A stretch of DNA of 64,000 bases from Paragordius varius. Taxonomy: Eukaryota > Animalia > Nematomorpha. The notes under the pieces are model-generated. The model did not search any database and was not told the origin of the DNA. It worked only from the letters and a program-made list of their open reading frames with translations. Where the stretch lies: positions 7,874,001 through 7,938,000 of the forward strand of contig OZ176051.1 in NCBI GenBank assembly GCA_964247055.1. The letters are read 5' to 3'. This document shows, in pieces, positions 24,705 to 39,100 of the stretch. How positions within the stretch are numbered: position 1 is the first letter of the stretch; each line of letters opens with the position of its first letter. A program made the position numbers and the translations under genes.

Positions 24705-25990
24705 TTATAAAAATGGAAAATGCCGGCTTTGTGATCCGTTTTCGGAAAACCCATTCAAATTCAATCAAAAAAATATAATCACTAACGAATGCCCCGACAA
24801 TAGCGCTCTTTTTTCGAATTCGGACCGCAGTTCGGGCCCACGCCGTGTAAAAAACCCGTTTTTTTTAAAAGATGAGTCCATAAAAATCGTGTCTTTGATA
24901 CAATATCCCGGAAAACGTATTACACCATTCGCTTTCAAATATAATTTTTTTAAATTATTTTCGATTGCGCTGAACATAGTCGGCTCGCATATTTAATTTA
25001 GGCCCTCTTTCCTGCTCCTCCCGCAAAATTCCATTTTAAAAAAACCAACTCCACAAAAATAATTTTTGAATTTATTTTTCTCCCAAGGTATGAGACCGTA
25101 AAAATTCGATAAGAATTCCAGGTATCCCTGTTAAAAGGTAAAAATTTTAGTCGTACGTTTTTTTATATTGGCTGCTGGGTAAACAGAGACCCGCTAAAAA
25201 CTGCCCCGTCATAGAGCGTGCTTTTGGGGCTTGATTTAGGAGTCCTATCAGGCCATATGAGTTCAATAGGTGCTTAAAATATTACCCGTAACAAGACAAA
25301 AATTTGGGTCGTGCGGTTTTATAAAAATAGCCGTTAATTAGGCCTTTAGGCCCTAAAAAATCCGCCACCATAAAATGACTTTTTGGTTTGGAGGCAATTT
25401 TTCGAAAACCCCACTAGAGCATATGAAATCAATCATTTAGGTATTACCCGAATTAAGGCATAAATATTCAAGCGTTTTTTTTGTTTTGGCTCCTGGTTAG
25501 GGGGCTAACCGCGTCAAACTGCGCCACTATATAGAAATTGCGTTGTTTTGTAGCGATTTTTCAGAAAGTTTATGAAGCTATATGAGCTCATTAAAAGCTT
25601 AAAATATTTCCTGTAACTAGATAAAAAAAATTTTATTCCGTTAATTAGGGGCCTTTATGCCCTAAAAGTACGCCATCATATAACAATTATTTAGTGTTAG
25701 CTATTTTTTCGAATAACCCATGAGACGATGGTGTCAAAGATGATTCCAAATATTTGCCCTATAAAATTAAAGAATTTAACTCAGCGCTTTTTCCATATAG
25801 GTGTGTGGGTAAGGTCTACCGGTTTAAAACTAAGCCCTACAAAAATGGAGTGGTTTCGAAGCTGATTTTCAAAAAACTTAAGAAGCCGTACGAGTTCAAT
25901 AAAGGCTTAAATAATATCCATAAAAAGGTAATAGCGGTTTTTTCGTTTAGCCGTCAATTTAGAGGACTTCTCACCAGTTAACAATATATT
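24705..25990 (+). repeat. Repeat family A, longest copy with additional ~160 bp monomers
   Basis: Unit homologous to 2787-3305, followed by diverged monomers starting near 25208, 25370, 25527, 25677 and 25843. Confidence 0.85.
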
Positions 25991-26787
25991 AGTATGAATG
26001 CACAGTTGTAAAATTCTATGAAGCACCGTTTTGAAAATCCTATAAGATCATAACTATTAAATGATCTTTCGAAATAATCCACATATGGATCACAATTTCG
26101 TTGATCCCTATTTTCATATAGCGCCCCCCCCCTCCAAGAGGGCTTCTCGTAGCAGCTCGAGTTTTAAGCTAATAATGCATAAATTTTCTTTTTTGATCTC
26201 ATAATTTGATTTAAAACATTGTTATATCTCAAAATTGGCATTTTGCCTATTTTAAGAAATTAGCCCATATTTGGATGAGTCTGAAAATTGCGATTTTTGT
26301 TTTTTAAATACTTTATGATATGTTTTAATCATAATTTTTGAAATCTAGCCCCTAGGTTTTGCCAAAAAAAATATTTAGTATGTGCGCTAATTTTCGATTT
26401 TTCAATGCGACATAATTACCCCAAAAAAGACCCAAAACAAAAACCCAATGTATCTATTTGCCAGAATATGTGTCGTTTATTAGATATGTTTTGTTAGTGC
26501 ATAAATATGAAAATCTAGTTCTCTTTTCGTTGCTTAAATCAATCTCAAGTAAGGGACTACTAACGACTGCCAAATGTTTCATATTAGAATGTTTTTTTAA
26601 AAATAAATGCCCCTATCAGGCTATAGAATTCATTTATATAAACATGGCCCAAATAGAATTATATCTTAAAGAGTATATATTATTTTTGGTGTCAGAAGTA
26701 TAATATCGTTTGATATTTTGAAAAATAGTAATAAAATAGGATATTTCAATGGATTATATTGCCTAAATCTATGATATACCATTTGCA

Positions 26788-27333
26788 CTTCAAGTTGGTC
26801 CTTAACAGTTCAAGTTGGTTTTTGAACAGTTCAAGTTGTGGTCCTTGAACTCTTCAAGTTGGTCTTTAATTTTGAATTTTGATTTAACCACAATTTTTGG
26901 ATGTATATTTTTATTTTATTATTTTTTAACCTAATTTTCTTTATTTTTTATATATTTATTCATTTAAAAATAAAAATTTTATTCAAAAACCACTTTTTTA
27001 TTTCAAACTAATTTTTTTCCAATTTAACAAAATTATTAACTTTAAAATGTTTTCAATGAAAAATTGTAAATAATAACCCAGAAACCTATATATTTTTAAA
27101 TTATTTGTTGAAATCTTTTAAATATCAAAAAAATTTAAAGTTATTAATAAATATATTCGGTTTCTGAATTAAAAGTTGATATTGGTTTATAATTTATCGT
27201 AAATAATAAAAAATAGGTTTAAAACGTTAAATTAGATGAATGATATACGATTTGATTGATAAAAGTTACAAACAAAGGACCAACTTGAAATGTTCAGGGA
27301 CCAACTTGAAGTTTTCACGGACCAACTCAAGGA
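26788..27333. mobile_element. Foldback-like element; TIRs built from ~21 bp units (ttgaacagttcaagttggtcc)
   Basis: About four units at 26788-26865 and about three reverse-complement units (ggaccaacttgaa) at 27277-27330; AT-rich core. Unit is related to family C. Confidence 0.8.
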
Positions 27334-28397
27334 CACTCTATGGTATAGCATATGCAGCAAAGAGAATTATTATTGGCTAATAATAGTAAAAAGTGAAAAA
27401 AATATCTACAATAATACTGCCCTTTGTTGCATATGCTTGGCAATGATTAATAACTTTCTAGCAATGTATACTTGTGCATTAGTCAAAAATAATAAAAAAT
27501 AAACCATTTTTTCTATTCAGTTTAGATCAATATTAAACGTGATTTAAATGAAATATTAGCTTTAAATTTAGCTTTAAAATTAATAAACATGACATTTTAC
27601 GAATATTCTATAAAAGGCATAGTAGTTTAATATGGAATGTTTTTCAAAACTTAATTTAGTTTAGATGTTTCAAGCAAAATTTAATTGCGACTGTTTAGAT
27701 ACCCTAATTTGAATCTAAGTGTTAAAGGATTAAGAACGTGATTTTTTGAAAGATTAATTATTATATGTTATAAAAAATGCACCTATTACAATGTCTATAT
27801 CTTTATTGCATAATACTAATTATAAAATAAAGTACGCCAAAGTATTATTTTATTATGTAATTGGGATCGAAATGCATTTTTAGATAAATATCTTAAAGTA
27901 TAAAATATTTTGACAATCTTTACGAATTAAAAATTTAGCCATTAAATGTCATTTTCTCAGAACTTCAAAATTCAAATTTTTATGTGGTAAATTTATGAAG
28001 ATATTCCAACGATATTATATATAAAATTCCCCGTCCCCAACCTGGTAAATAGCGATTGATGTTCCCTCTCGGCCAGGCTCAATATTTTTTGTTTATATCT
28101 GTGCGTAGGTAAAACACCAAAGGTTTTTTAGTATCCACTTTAATACAAAAATAGCGATAATCAATTGTTTTTACTTTTTCTTTCACTTACAAATTATTTA
28201 TAAAAATTTGAATTTAATTATTTTGTATAAAAATAATCTAGTTTTAGGTAATTATTTAGAATACCTTATCACAAACCAGTTCGTAGGTATTATACCCCCA
28301 CGGCGCAATTAAATAAATAAATTTAGTCTTTTTTCTATTATCTATAAAATTTAATATTATTACTTCCAATTTAACATAATTATAAATTATTTGTATA

Positions 28398-28545
28398 GAG
28401 TAGCGGATGGCATAAAACATTATTAGTCCATTAAAAAATAAAAAAATGTTTTTTTAGAAAATAGACCTATTAACACATATCCAAATATCCCTTTGATTTT
28501 TTAAAAACATTGATGGACTAATATGTTTTATGCCATACGCTACTG
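28398..28545. mobile_element. Tc1/mariner-type MITE, 148 bp
   Basis: ~33 bp TIRs (gagtagcggatggcataaaacattattagtccat / atggactaatatgttttatgccatacgctactg) flanked by TA on both sides (28396-97, 28546-47). Confidence 0.85.
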
Positions 28546-29449
28546 TATTATAAAAAAGGATCATAATGCCCGATAATATTCTTTCTTATTACCATCGAGT
28601 TTAATATGGGATAGCGAGAAATCAACTGTTTTTACCATTTTACGATTTAAATATATTAAAAAAGTGGTATAATTTGTTATACTAAGTTCTGACTGACACA
28701 AAAGGCATATTATTTATATGTATGTAAAATAAAAATATTTGAATAAACCATATATTATAGTAGCAATCTTAAATTGAATGAATTTTATATAAACAGCGCT
28801 TTTTTATAATTTGTATATTTTTTTATTTTTGGATAATTTCTTTTATTAGACTTTAACTTAAATGACAAGATTCGATTTTCCCTTGAATAATGTAATTATG
28901 GCCAAAATCAATTTGTAATAATTTTATTTGTTAATTACGGTAGTTTTGAGATATGAAGAGGTACAAAACGTATTATTAGCCATGATTTTTGCAAAAATTA
29001 TAAGAGAGAGTTTAAAAGATAAAAATAGCATATCAAATATTATTAATACAATTGTATATAAGTTAAATAAGTGTTGTAAATATTTAGAGAAATTGATAAT
29101 TGCTAGCTGGCCATCAAATGTTTTATTGTATTGATTATAAAAAAATTAGTTCGCTATTAATAGTTATATACATATATATTTTTGGTATAATAAAAATTAT
29201 AAACCAACATATAATTTATTATAGATATACCAAACCTATGCCTATAAATAGAGTAAAGCTTGTTGTTTATGTTAACTCAAATATGCTAATATATTCTGCA
29301 CTAACTTAAATACCTGAATAGCTCTAAAAATTTATTTTTATCTAAGGCTATAATTAATTATATATGCACTACTCCTTTTAAAAACTATATATACGCTCAA
29401 TTTTTTGAAATATTTAATTTTATTTTTTTTCCTAATATTCGATTAATAG

Positions 29450-30020
29450 ATGTCTAACATAATGAACTTCCTACCGTTCAAATCATTGTTACTGTATGTT
29501 TTGGCCTTATGCGTTTTGTTAATTACTGTTTTTGGTGTGCCCGCGACTCGTCAACCAGGTATGATTCCTTATTCTTGAATTTTTTAATAATGAAAAAGTA
29601 AAATTTGTTTGATTGATTTGCTTTAAAATTTAATCAAAGGTTAAACTGCGGACTCTTTTTATTGTGATTCGTTTTAATATGTTGCCATAAGGAAAAATAT
29701 AAATGCATTTAAGCAAGTATAACTCATTTGTTTTATGGTTTAGTTTAAGCAAAAATATTTAATTATATATCCTCGCAAGAACCAAAATATATTTCTTATC
29801 TACATATTAAAATAGCCGTATAGTATAACCATTAGTATGGCTGTTGACTCAAGTTAATTTTTATTTTTGGACAAATTTGGATTCAATAAATTTAAACAAC
29901 TAAAATTTGGATTTAACTTTTTAATGTTTTTAAATAATGTATTTAGACGCTACTACGGCATCTTTTCGATTAGGAACCGTGACACCTTATTATAACCCAG
30001 GAAATATCAATATGCTTTAA
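29450..30020 (+). CDS. Putative small secreted peptide (60 aa, 2 exons); exon 1 could instead be the signal-peptide exon of the downstream Ig-FN3 gene
   Basis: Exon 29450-29558 MSNIMNFLPFKSLLLYVLALCVLLITVFGVPATRQP ends CAG|gtatga (phase 1). Acceptor atttag|29947 continues DATTASFRLGTVTPYYNPGNINML*. No homolog recognised. Confidence 0.5.
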
Positions 30021-30356
30021 TGATCAATGAATTAATATGATAAGAGTGTAATAATTAAATTGAATAACCTTACCATACAAATAAATCATATAATATTAAT
30101 GATGTTAATTCTTTTAAACTCATAGTGGTGCGTATGTGTGTTTGTGTGTATTAGGCTTTAAATTTAAAGAAACATAAAGCGAGGTTTGTCTCTAAATTAA
30201 AAAGAAAGGCCTTTCAAATGTGTTCACAATGTTTATAATAAGAACCGTTACCAGTTAAGTTTCCTAATAATAACAACTTTTTATAAGCCAAAAAGTGATA
30301 CACTTTGGTAACACACGATTGTTTAGCTGCTTTTGAGTGCCCCTGCTATGTATATT

Positions 30357-30932
30357 ATAGGGCATTGAACCGTTTCTTAAAAAGTAGAACTAAGTTTCTG
30401 AACGATTGAAACCGGACCCGGTCTGGTTTTTAAGTAGATAAAAATGAAACTAAGATGGTTTCTAACATTTTAAAACCGAACCGATGCGGTTTTTATGCAA
30501 TAGAACCGGAACCGAGTTGGTTCCTTAAAAATATTACGGTTACGAAACCGAGTTTTAACAATAACTTATATACAACATTTTGGTATATAATATTATACCT
30601 AGATTATATATTAATGTGATTATACACTACATGAGTTTTATACCTTTTATTACAGGGCTATTTAAATTCAAATAAAAACACGGTTTTTCTTTAGCCTATT
30701 AGGCGCAAATGTCAACTCGAACAAAGACATGAAAATGTAATGAAGTGTAAAGTATCACATTATATAAAATGGAGGCCTTGTTTTTTTTATAATTCGGCCA
30801 CTAAATATAAACCTAATATTGTGTTATGAGCCGCTATATGTTACCTTACATGATAAAGAATGTTTTAAAAACCTCCAGAAAAATCTATTTAAGAACCGAA
30901 CGCTCTTCGTGGACTGCAGTTTGATACCACTG
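30357..30932. mobile_element. Probable hAT-type MITE remnants with AACCG subterminal motifs
   Basis: Cluster of aaccg/cggtt motifs at 30366-30555 and a Charlie-like end gtttgataccactg at 30932; paired TIRs and TSD not established. Confidence 0.4.
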
Positions 30933-31517
30933 ATATATAGCGTAACTCGTTTTTACCGTTATAAGCAAATTTTTATAATATTATAAAATTTTAGGGTTCA
31001 TAAAATTATTTTTTACTTATAAGTATTTTTCAACTAAAAATAAAAAAGGTGTACATGTATAATATAGTATTTCCCCTTTTCTAATCTCACTGTAATATAT
31101 AATTACAGGTTTTTTACCAAATGTGTTGAAACCATTTTAAAAGTTTGCAATTATTAATTAGATATACCGAAATATAAAAAGGATTATTCAAAAAACTTGA
31201 TATTAATTATTATTTATAATAGCCCACAATAACATCTTTGTATTAGCTAAATATAATAATAATGCAAAATAAACAATTTTTAATATTTTTAATGTTATTG
31301 ATTTTAATCAATAATTAACTTTAATTTTAGGATTAATATAAAAAAATTATCATATTTTGTAAAAATATTGTAATAACGTAATTTATTAATATGGAGTTTT
31401 CTTAAAAATTAAATTTTATTTGGATAATTGGCCTGTATTTATAATTTTTATTATGGTGCATAAAAAAATTGAAACTGTCCCTTTTAATCGTTTTCTAATA
31501 ATATTAATATAGATATG

Positions 31518-32190
31518 GCCTGGGGTCGCTAGTTCCCCAATTTAAACCAAAGGAATATCATCAAAACTGCCTAAATAAAAATTACAACTTAGATTAAAAT
31601 TGGGTTATTAAATGACCCCAGACTATACTTAAATTGATATAGATAAATAATTTCTGAAGGAGTCATTCCAATTTAAATTTATGAATACTAAAATAAAAAT
31701 TTTATAAACAAGCCAAAATATTTTTAGAAAATTTAGTTAAAAAAGCTCCATAGCACTGCTTTGACGCCATTTTTATATTGCAACAATTTTGTGTTTTTTT
31801 ATTTTAGCACTTCTTTATCTTTTAACTTTTTTGTCCTGGTTTACCTTTTGGGGTTGTTTTATATACCAAAGCTCAATTTGAATACATTAAGTTTATTAAA
31901 ATAGTTTTGATAAAATTTAATTATTAAACATTTTTATGTAATAGATAAAAATTTATACTACAGTTTTGTGACTACTAGAGTCTATTGGGACAGCTAAACA
32001 CGATTGAAACAAAGAATTGATATTAAAGTAATAAAAAGGTCCATGCTGGTAGAATGTAGCCTGAAAGATTTAAGTGATTTATAAGTTTAAACCTTTCCAA
32101 TGATATTCTATATGTATATAGAATTAAACAGGCTTGGGTTTGCAAAGATTCCAACTTCGATCGAAGGACTAAAATAAATCAGTTGTATCT
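31518..32190 (+). repeat. Repeat family B composite copy
   Basis: B2-like forward (31518), B2-like reverse (~31595-31624), B1 (~31660-31780) and B2 (~32130-32190): same module order as 23690-24560. Confidence 0.6.
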
Positions 32191-32373
32191 AAGTGTTAAA
32201 GCTTTCTAACCCATTACTTTTTGGGGTAGTTTTTTACAGAGCGATTGGAAAATAGATCTTAAAAAGTATTTTAGACGGGGAGTTTAAATTTTTTTTATAA
32301 TTAAAATTGTAAATCATCCTCTCAAACTTTCTCATTTTTTTTCAATAATTTTTTTTGATAGACAATGCAGCAG

Positions 32374-32413
<40 letters not shown>

Positions 32414-33152
32414 TAGGTAATAAAAAATAGATTATTTATTTTAGTAAGATTTCGGTTGTTTTTAGCAAAAACTTGCTATTAGAGATTACATCAGATATTT
32501 TTGAATCATGGTTTGGAGCTGTCTCAAGTTTAGCCTTTAGAAGTTAGATAAATATAATCTTCTCTAATAGAAAGATACAATGTTTGTTAATATTATATAA
32601 ATTCAAATACAATAGTTTATATCAATATTGAGTGGAAGATACAACTATCAAAAGGTCATAAAGTGTAAAATCCCGGATTTTCTGCATATATTTTAAGCTA
32701 GTCGATTGTTGAGGTCGACAAAAATTTGCGACTTTTTTGAAGCCATGTAAAATATTTTTGTATAAGTTTAGCTTTCAGCCGAAAATTTTTATTTAGAAAC
32801 AATGTGTGCAATTTTAACTATTTTGGTATACCACAAAATGTGAATATTTATACTCATCGCATCATGAGATTCCCAATGCAATTTTCTGTTAGAAAAATAT
32901 CGATCAAATTTTTATGTGTTTACACCTATATAAAAGTGAAAATATCCGAAATATTATTATAAAACTTGGATATTTTTAATAAATACATTTTAATTAAAAT
33001 TAAATTGTTTTATTGTTCTTTAATTGATTTTTATTGCTAAAACTATATCATACAACCAATATACACTAAAATAATTTACTGGTAATCATAAATACATAAA
33101 ATCCATCAGGAACATTTAAAATTATTAACCATGCTTGTACTTTTTTATATAA

Positions 33153-36100
33153 ATGTTATATAGTTATAAAGGTTATTATAATGTGACAATTCCCAATATT
33201 CTGTTAGGTAAAAGTTTCATAAAAATTATAGGTTTTATTGTTATTTTGGTTTTCGGTAATAATGAATCAAAAACTTTGATAAATATCAGGTTTAAAAATG
33301 GTAGCTCGCAGTGGAATGTTTGTTCGGGTCACATTGAGAAATATATGATAAATGGTAAAAAATGCCAATATTCTGGAAACATTGTATGGTATAAAACGGA
33401 TTATGACCAAATGACCGATTTTCCAAATATAACAAGCAACATACTTTATGAATCGATTTTTAACTTAAATGATAATTATTTAATTCCTAACATCCAAAGA
33501 GGAAAAAGATTAACAAATAGATATAACGGGGAAACAACATTTTTAAATACATTATACTCCAATGTTTTACATTCGCACCAAATCGAAAAGCCACTTGTAT
33601 ATTTCAAACAATCTCAAAAACAAATATTTAATTTTACTATCAATACACATCATTCTTATATTTTGGACGATTATATCGACTGTATTCTCAATCAAACTTT
33701 TTATTTGATTTCTTATTCCCTGAGTAATGAATACATGCTAAATATAAATTATTGGAAATTTGTTCCTAATCAATTTAGACATTACACTAAAGCATCACAA
33801 ATTGCTCCAACTTCAAGCCTTGAACAACAAAAATTTTTTGTTCAAAAGCCTCATTTTTTACATTGTGCCTATTATCCTTCCACAAAATATGGTCCTTCCA
33901 ACGGTAACGGGTTAATCATATCCAATTATATGCATATCATCCTTATTCAAAATAATAATAAGAATAAGATGAAAAACAAAATAAATACCTCATCATTTAC
34001 TGAGTCAATGATATTTCAGGATCGTGATAAAACCTCCAAATTCAGGCCTCAAAATAATTTTTCTTTTGCTCATTCAAATAATTATCTTAAAATTCTGCAA
34101 ACTAAAATACAGGATAATATATTTAAGTTGGAATGTCTTTTGCCAAAACGAGATGTGCCTATTGTAGAAAATCCATATCTTAGCATTGATTATAATAAAT
34201 ATCATCTAATTTGGATGTATAAAAAAGCCGGATCAACCATGGAAATTATATCCTCAAAATTAATCCAAAGATCGCAACTGAATCTCAAATCAAACTACCT
34301 TAATGCACATGATTCATCTCATGGACAAGGGGAAAAGGCTTGCGCCCTATTTTTATATTTAAATGGATGGAAAAATTTAAGTCTATATGAAGATATCAAT
34401 AATATTGTTCATCTAAAATATAATAATACCAAAATTGATAATAAGCTTTGTTTGTTAGCTTTTTCTCCCTCACTTATTTTTCCATATAGTTTCTCTTCTT
34501 CTGTTGCTACTAAGAAGGAGCACGGGGAAATCCCTATCACCATTAACACTACGACCCAAAACCAATACCTTAATCTAATTAACAACAACATTTTACATGA
34601 TAATATTAATGAAAACGATCAAATAGATAAAATTTCCCTTCAGACTTTACTAGTACGCAATGTTAAAACTCAAACATATGATAGTTCCATAATGAATGAG
34701 CCAGTAGCCATAAATCATAATCAACAGGCTGAAAAGTTTGGCTTATTGCCTGAAAAGTTCCAAATTTTAGACCAGTAATATATATATGATTGAAATATCT
34801 ATTTATTTTTAAGGAAATTTTGCAAGTTAACAACATTAAAATGATATATGGCGTGCTTTAATTTAAACAAGTAAAACGGGTCTACAACTTGAATTATATC
34901 TATTGGAATTGTACTCTTTAGCAAAAGTACGTTTACAGAATGTTTTATGACTATTAAAAATTGTGTTTAATTTTATCATATATAATCAAATTTTAAAATT
35001 TCTTTTTTTAGAGGACAATGCTAATAAAATATGTACTATTAATAATATATATATTATAAAAACGGTAGAAGAGGCATGGATAAAATATTGGATTGTAGTG
35101 TGTTCGATGACATTTGTGTTGGTGACATAATTTTCATTAATTTTATTTTCAATTACAACGATAAAATTTAATTAATATATTAAATTTCCTAATTAAAAAA
35201 ATAAAAAAAAATTCTTGATAAAATGTATGATTTTAGAGTATTGATATATATATATATATATATATATATCTATATATATATCTATATATATATATATATA
35301 TATATATATCATTCTTTAATTAGGAGGACATAATACAATTTTAATAAAATTAATTTAGTATTTTAAAGTCAATAGTAATTTCAGACTAGTATGCTCGTTC
35401 GGATTTATCGTTAATACACAATCATTCTGATAGGGTTTTCACATATCTAATTCGTTATATCTGATTTGCAATTTTGTTGTAAATTCAATTTGTATAATAC
35501 AAAATTAAATTGTTCAATAAATTAAACGATAACATAAATTGAGTCTTATTAATTATAAACAATGGATTAGGATTTACCCTAGATATTGAGTTTAGTTATT
35601 TTGAAAATTTTATAAACATATTTTATTACTAAGCAGCAACCTTTTTTAAAAATAGAATAGGATAAATTTGTCTTTTGTATGTGTATTAATTTACCAAATA
35701 GTTTGGAATTAATTAACAAAAGCGAATACAAAATGATATGAAACTCTTCGTCACTAGATGTCTCAAAATATTTATTAATAAAAAGAGTGTTGCCTATTTT
35801 AATATCTTTCCGAAAAATCCTTAAGTAGCTCTACCAAACCTATATAATGTTTATGTTTAAATTCTAAATTTAGTTTTTTTTTCATACCGATTGAATTTTT
35901 AACATTTGGGATACTACAGTGGAAGGGTTTTGCACATCACTTTATATGCTCTGGTTTTCAGTTATTCCAATTAATTACTTTGATATTTGTTTAATTGTAT
36001 ATTACATTACACAGACATCATATACTTTAACAACTCCGTACTTTATGACATAATACTATTTTATATCCATTAATATATATGTTAGATACCTGACAATGAA

Positions 36101-39100
36101 TGGATATTCACTAATTTTAAGGGCAAATTATGTTATGCCTCTCATAAATGACAATGTATTACAAAATTTTCATTGCGCCCTTGTAAAATCAAAAGCGTCT
36201 ACCAACTTTAATAGCATGCAGGAAACAGTTGTATTGTCAACACCTTATACCACAAACGTTGAGCTTTTCTCCATCGTTAAAGATCTTAGTATATTGGATG
36301 AAAATAAAACCGATGAAGACATAACCACAATCACTATTAAAATGAATAATAATAATATATTTCGACAAAACTACCTCAAAAAATTGTTACGTTTCACTTT
36401 CCAAGCCCATGAAATGTGTGATGGTTGTCACACTATTAACATGGATATAACGTTAGTTAAGAAGGCAAATGTTGACGTTAAATATGATCCATTTTATTTA
36501 AATGGACATCCCCCTTACAATGATAATCCGGAGAAGATTAAAGTTTTATGGCTGCGGATAAATACTGATTGGTTTTCGACTTATATTAGCCCATTCTCAA
36601 TTCCATCCTATTTTAAGGCACTCAAAACTGTTGTTTTATATCAAAATTCTCAAACTTTTTGCAAGGGAAATGTACAATTTTCTATTTCCTCTATCGTTCA
36701 TGCTATAATTAAAAGTTATGCTACGTTTGAAAACACGAAATATAATGTTGAAATATTTGATGCAAACCAACTAAATATCACCAATCAAAATGGTATATTG
36801 GTCATTCCCTCAGGCATGGTTCATAAATATACTCAAGATTTGTTAATTAATCAAATGTTATTGTTTGCTGAAAATGTTTCCGATTTTTCCAATTTTGAAC
36901 TGTTTGACTCGGAAAATACTGACCCTCAGCCGGGTAATTATTCGAATCCAAACGACATGGGGCAAATGAATTATTTTGATGAGTTACAATACGGTTGGCT
37001 AGATGAAAAAGGTAGTATCTATCTATTAGAATCTTTTTATTTTATAAATTTTTAGTTAAGATTCTGATTGAGGTGAATGTTAGATAGTTGCAGTGTTCTT
37101 TTGCAAAGGTATCCCTTATTTTTTAATTTAAGGTGTCGAACAAGCTTTTCGTGACTTGTTGTCCGGCTTGCAATTTTTTAAAAAAATCTAACAAATCTGT
37201 TTAAATATAAATACTGCAATTATTTTTATATCCTAATTTATATAAGTTTTAAATTTCGTTTACATCATAGATTATTCAAATAAAGGGTCAATTTTTTTAA
37301 ACCGTTACTTACATTTTATATTTGATTGGATAAAGTATTCTCGTTTTTAAGGATAAATTTTGTTATATTTTTAAAAAAATCCGGCTTGACGGGTTTTCAA
37401 TTTTGAAAATACAGCCCCCCAAGCTCTTTTAGGGGAGTTAAACCAGCGAAAATTATAATGATAGAGAAATTCAATTTTGCACATATGGAACGTTCCCCAT
37501 CATATATAAAAGTTGATCTACTGGATAATTAAGAATATTAACTATGCTTAAATATATTAATTCATTATTACTTATCCTTTTTAGGCGTAATAAGGAATCT
37601 ATATTCCCCCAATTTACCTCCAATTAACATACATGACAACAGCAATAATCACCAACTCGACGATAATAGGTTAAACATTTTAGGTGTCGGACTTAATGCA
37701 CGACGCTTTGCTTGGCCTCCATACCTATTTACCAGTATAGTTTATAGCTTGGGGAGTAATGGGAAACGCAAACGTCGTGTCCATTCTACCCAAACGTTTG
37801 CGTTTGAAATACAAAGTCCGTTAGAAATTGTACCTTATGCTACGTTTTTTCGTGACGGCGGTGGTACCAATACTCAGGAATCATTAAGTGCCACCTCATC
37901 ATTGGATTATGCCAAGGAGGCTGAAATAAATCCTCACACGGCGAATAAGGAGATGTTTGGGGAAAAGGGATATCAACATATCAATAAAAATGTGTCACCA
38001 TTTCTACCTTTTACTACTCAGGTCGTTAATTCCTCGGCATTCGCTGCCTTTAGTAGCCATAATGATATATCCTTAACTAACTCGGGTCAAACCCTGATTC
38101 GTTCGGTAAAACCGGGTGCTACCTTTAGGCTAAAGGTATTTATTTATTTATTTCATAATAATTGATGAATTGTGGGTCCTTCTTTTTATAAAGGGACACT
38201 TTGTGAAACTTAGATGATGAGGGTTGGCGTCTGTCGTACAATGTTAAAAGATGAAGCAATATATATATACTGATAAATTAATATTCAATTTGTAGTAGAT
38301 ACAGCTATAATACTTGTTTAACTATGTGTATAACTCAATATTTTGATTTGTAAATATTATTTTTTAATCATGTGAAATACCTAAACGATTTTGGGAAAAA
38401 ACTAGTTGTAAATACTCTTAATTGATGGATATATTCAGATTTGAATATATTTGTGGTTTTGATATGTTATAAACTGTATTATAAGATAATCATTTAATTA
38501 AAACATTAATCCATCATATTTATTTTGAAATTTTTTTATGTACGCTCCATATATTTTTTATATTATGCAAAATCACTATAGTACACTAAACCACCCTTTA
38601 TGTTTGCACATTAGTGTATAGGTTTAGGGCTTCCACCACCCCGAGTTACTTGGCTTAAAAACGGGTATCCTCTTTCCACAGGCGGAAAAATTAATATAGT
38701 CCAAGATCCGACTCACCTTATGCCCATATCTATGCGTCGACAAAGTGCCTACAAAAAACGTCGGAAAAAGGCTGTCAACCAATTGTTAACACGAATAAAA
38801 CGTATATTGCGTTTATTATTGTATATAATCTCTGTTTCCAAATGATATTTATAGATTTAAATTTATCAAAATTAGACATAAAGTTTGTTTGATGTAATAA
38901 AAAATAAAAGAAATGATGTGAGATTAATAGAGTCCAGTGTTTTACTATAAATCAGGAATGTCCAACAAGCGGTCCTCCGAGACTGTGTGCGCTTCGCGGA
39001 AAATTTTTGTGAAAATATGCTTATAAAATCTTAATAAAATTAAACTTTTAAACAATTTTTCTTATTTCTATATTGACATAGGAGATCTGAGAAAATCATT

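Noticed and set aside
32420-32640. Possible extra exon of the Ig-FN3 gene (..EITSDIFESWFGAVSSLAF..)
   Set aside because: No phase-consistent, stop-free splice path to neighbouring exons was found.
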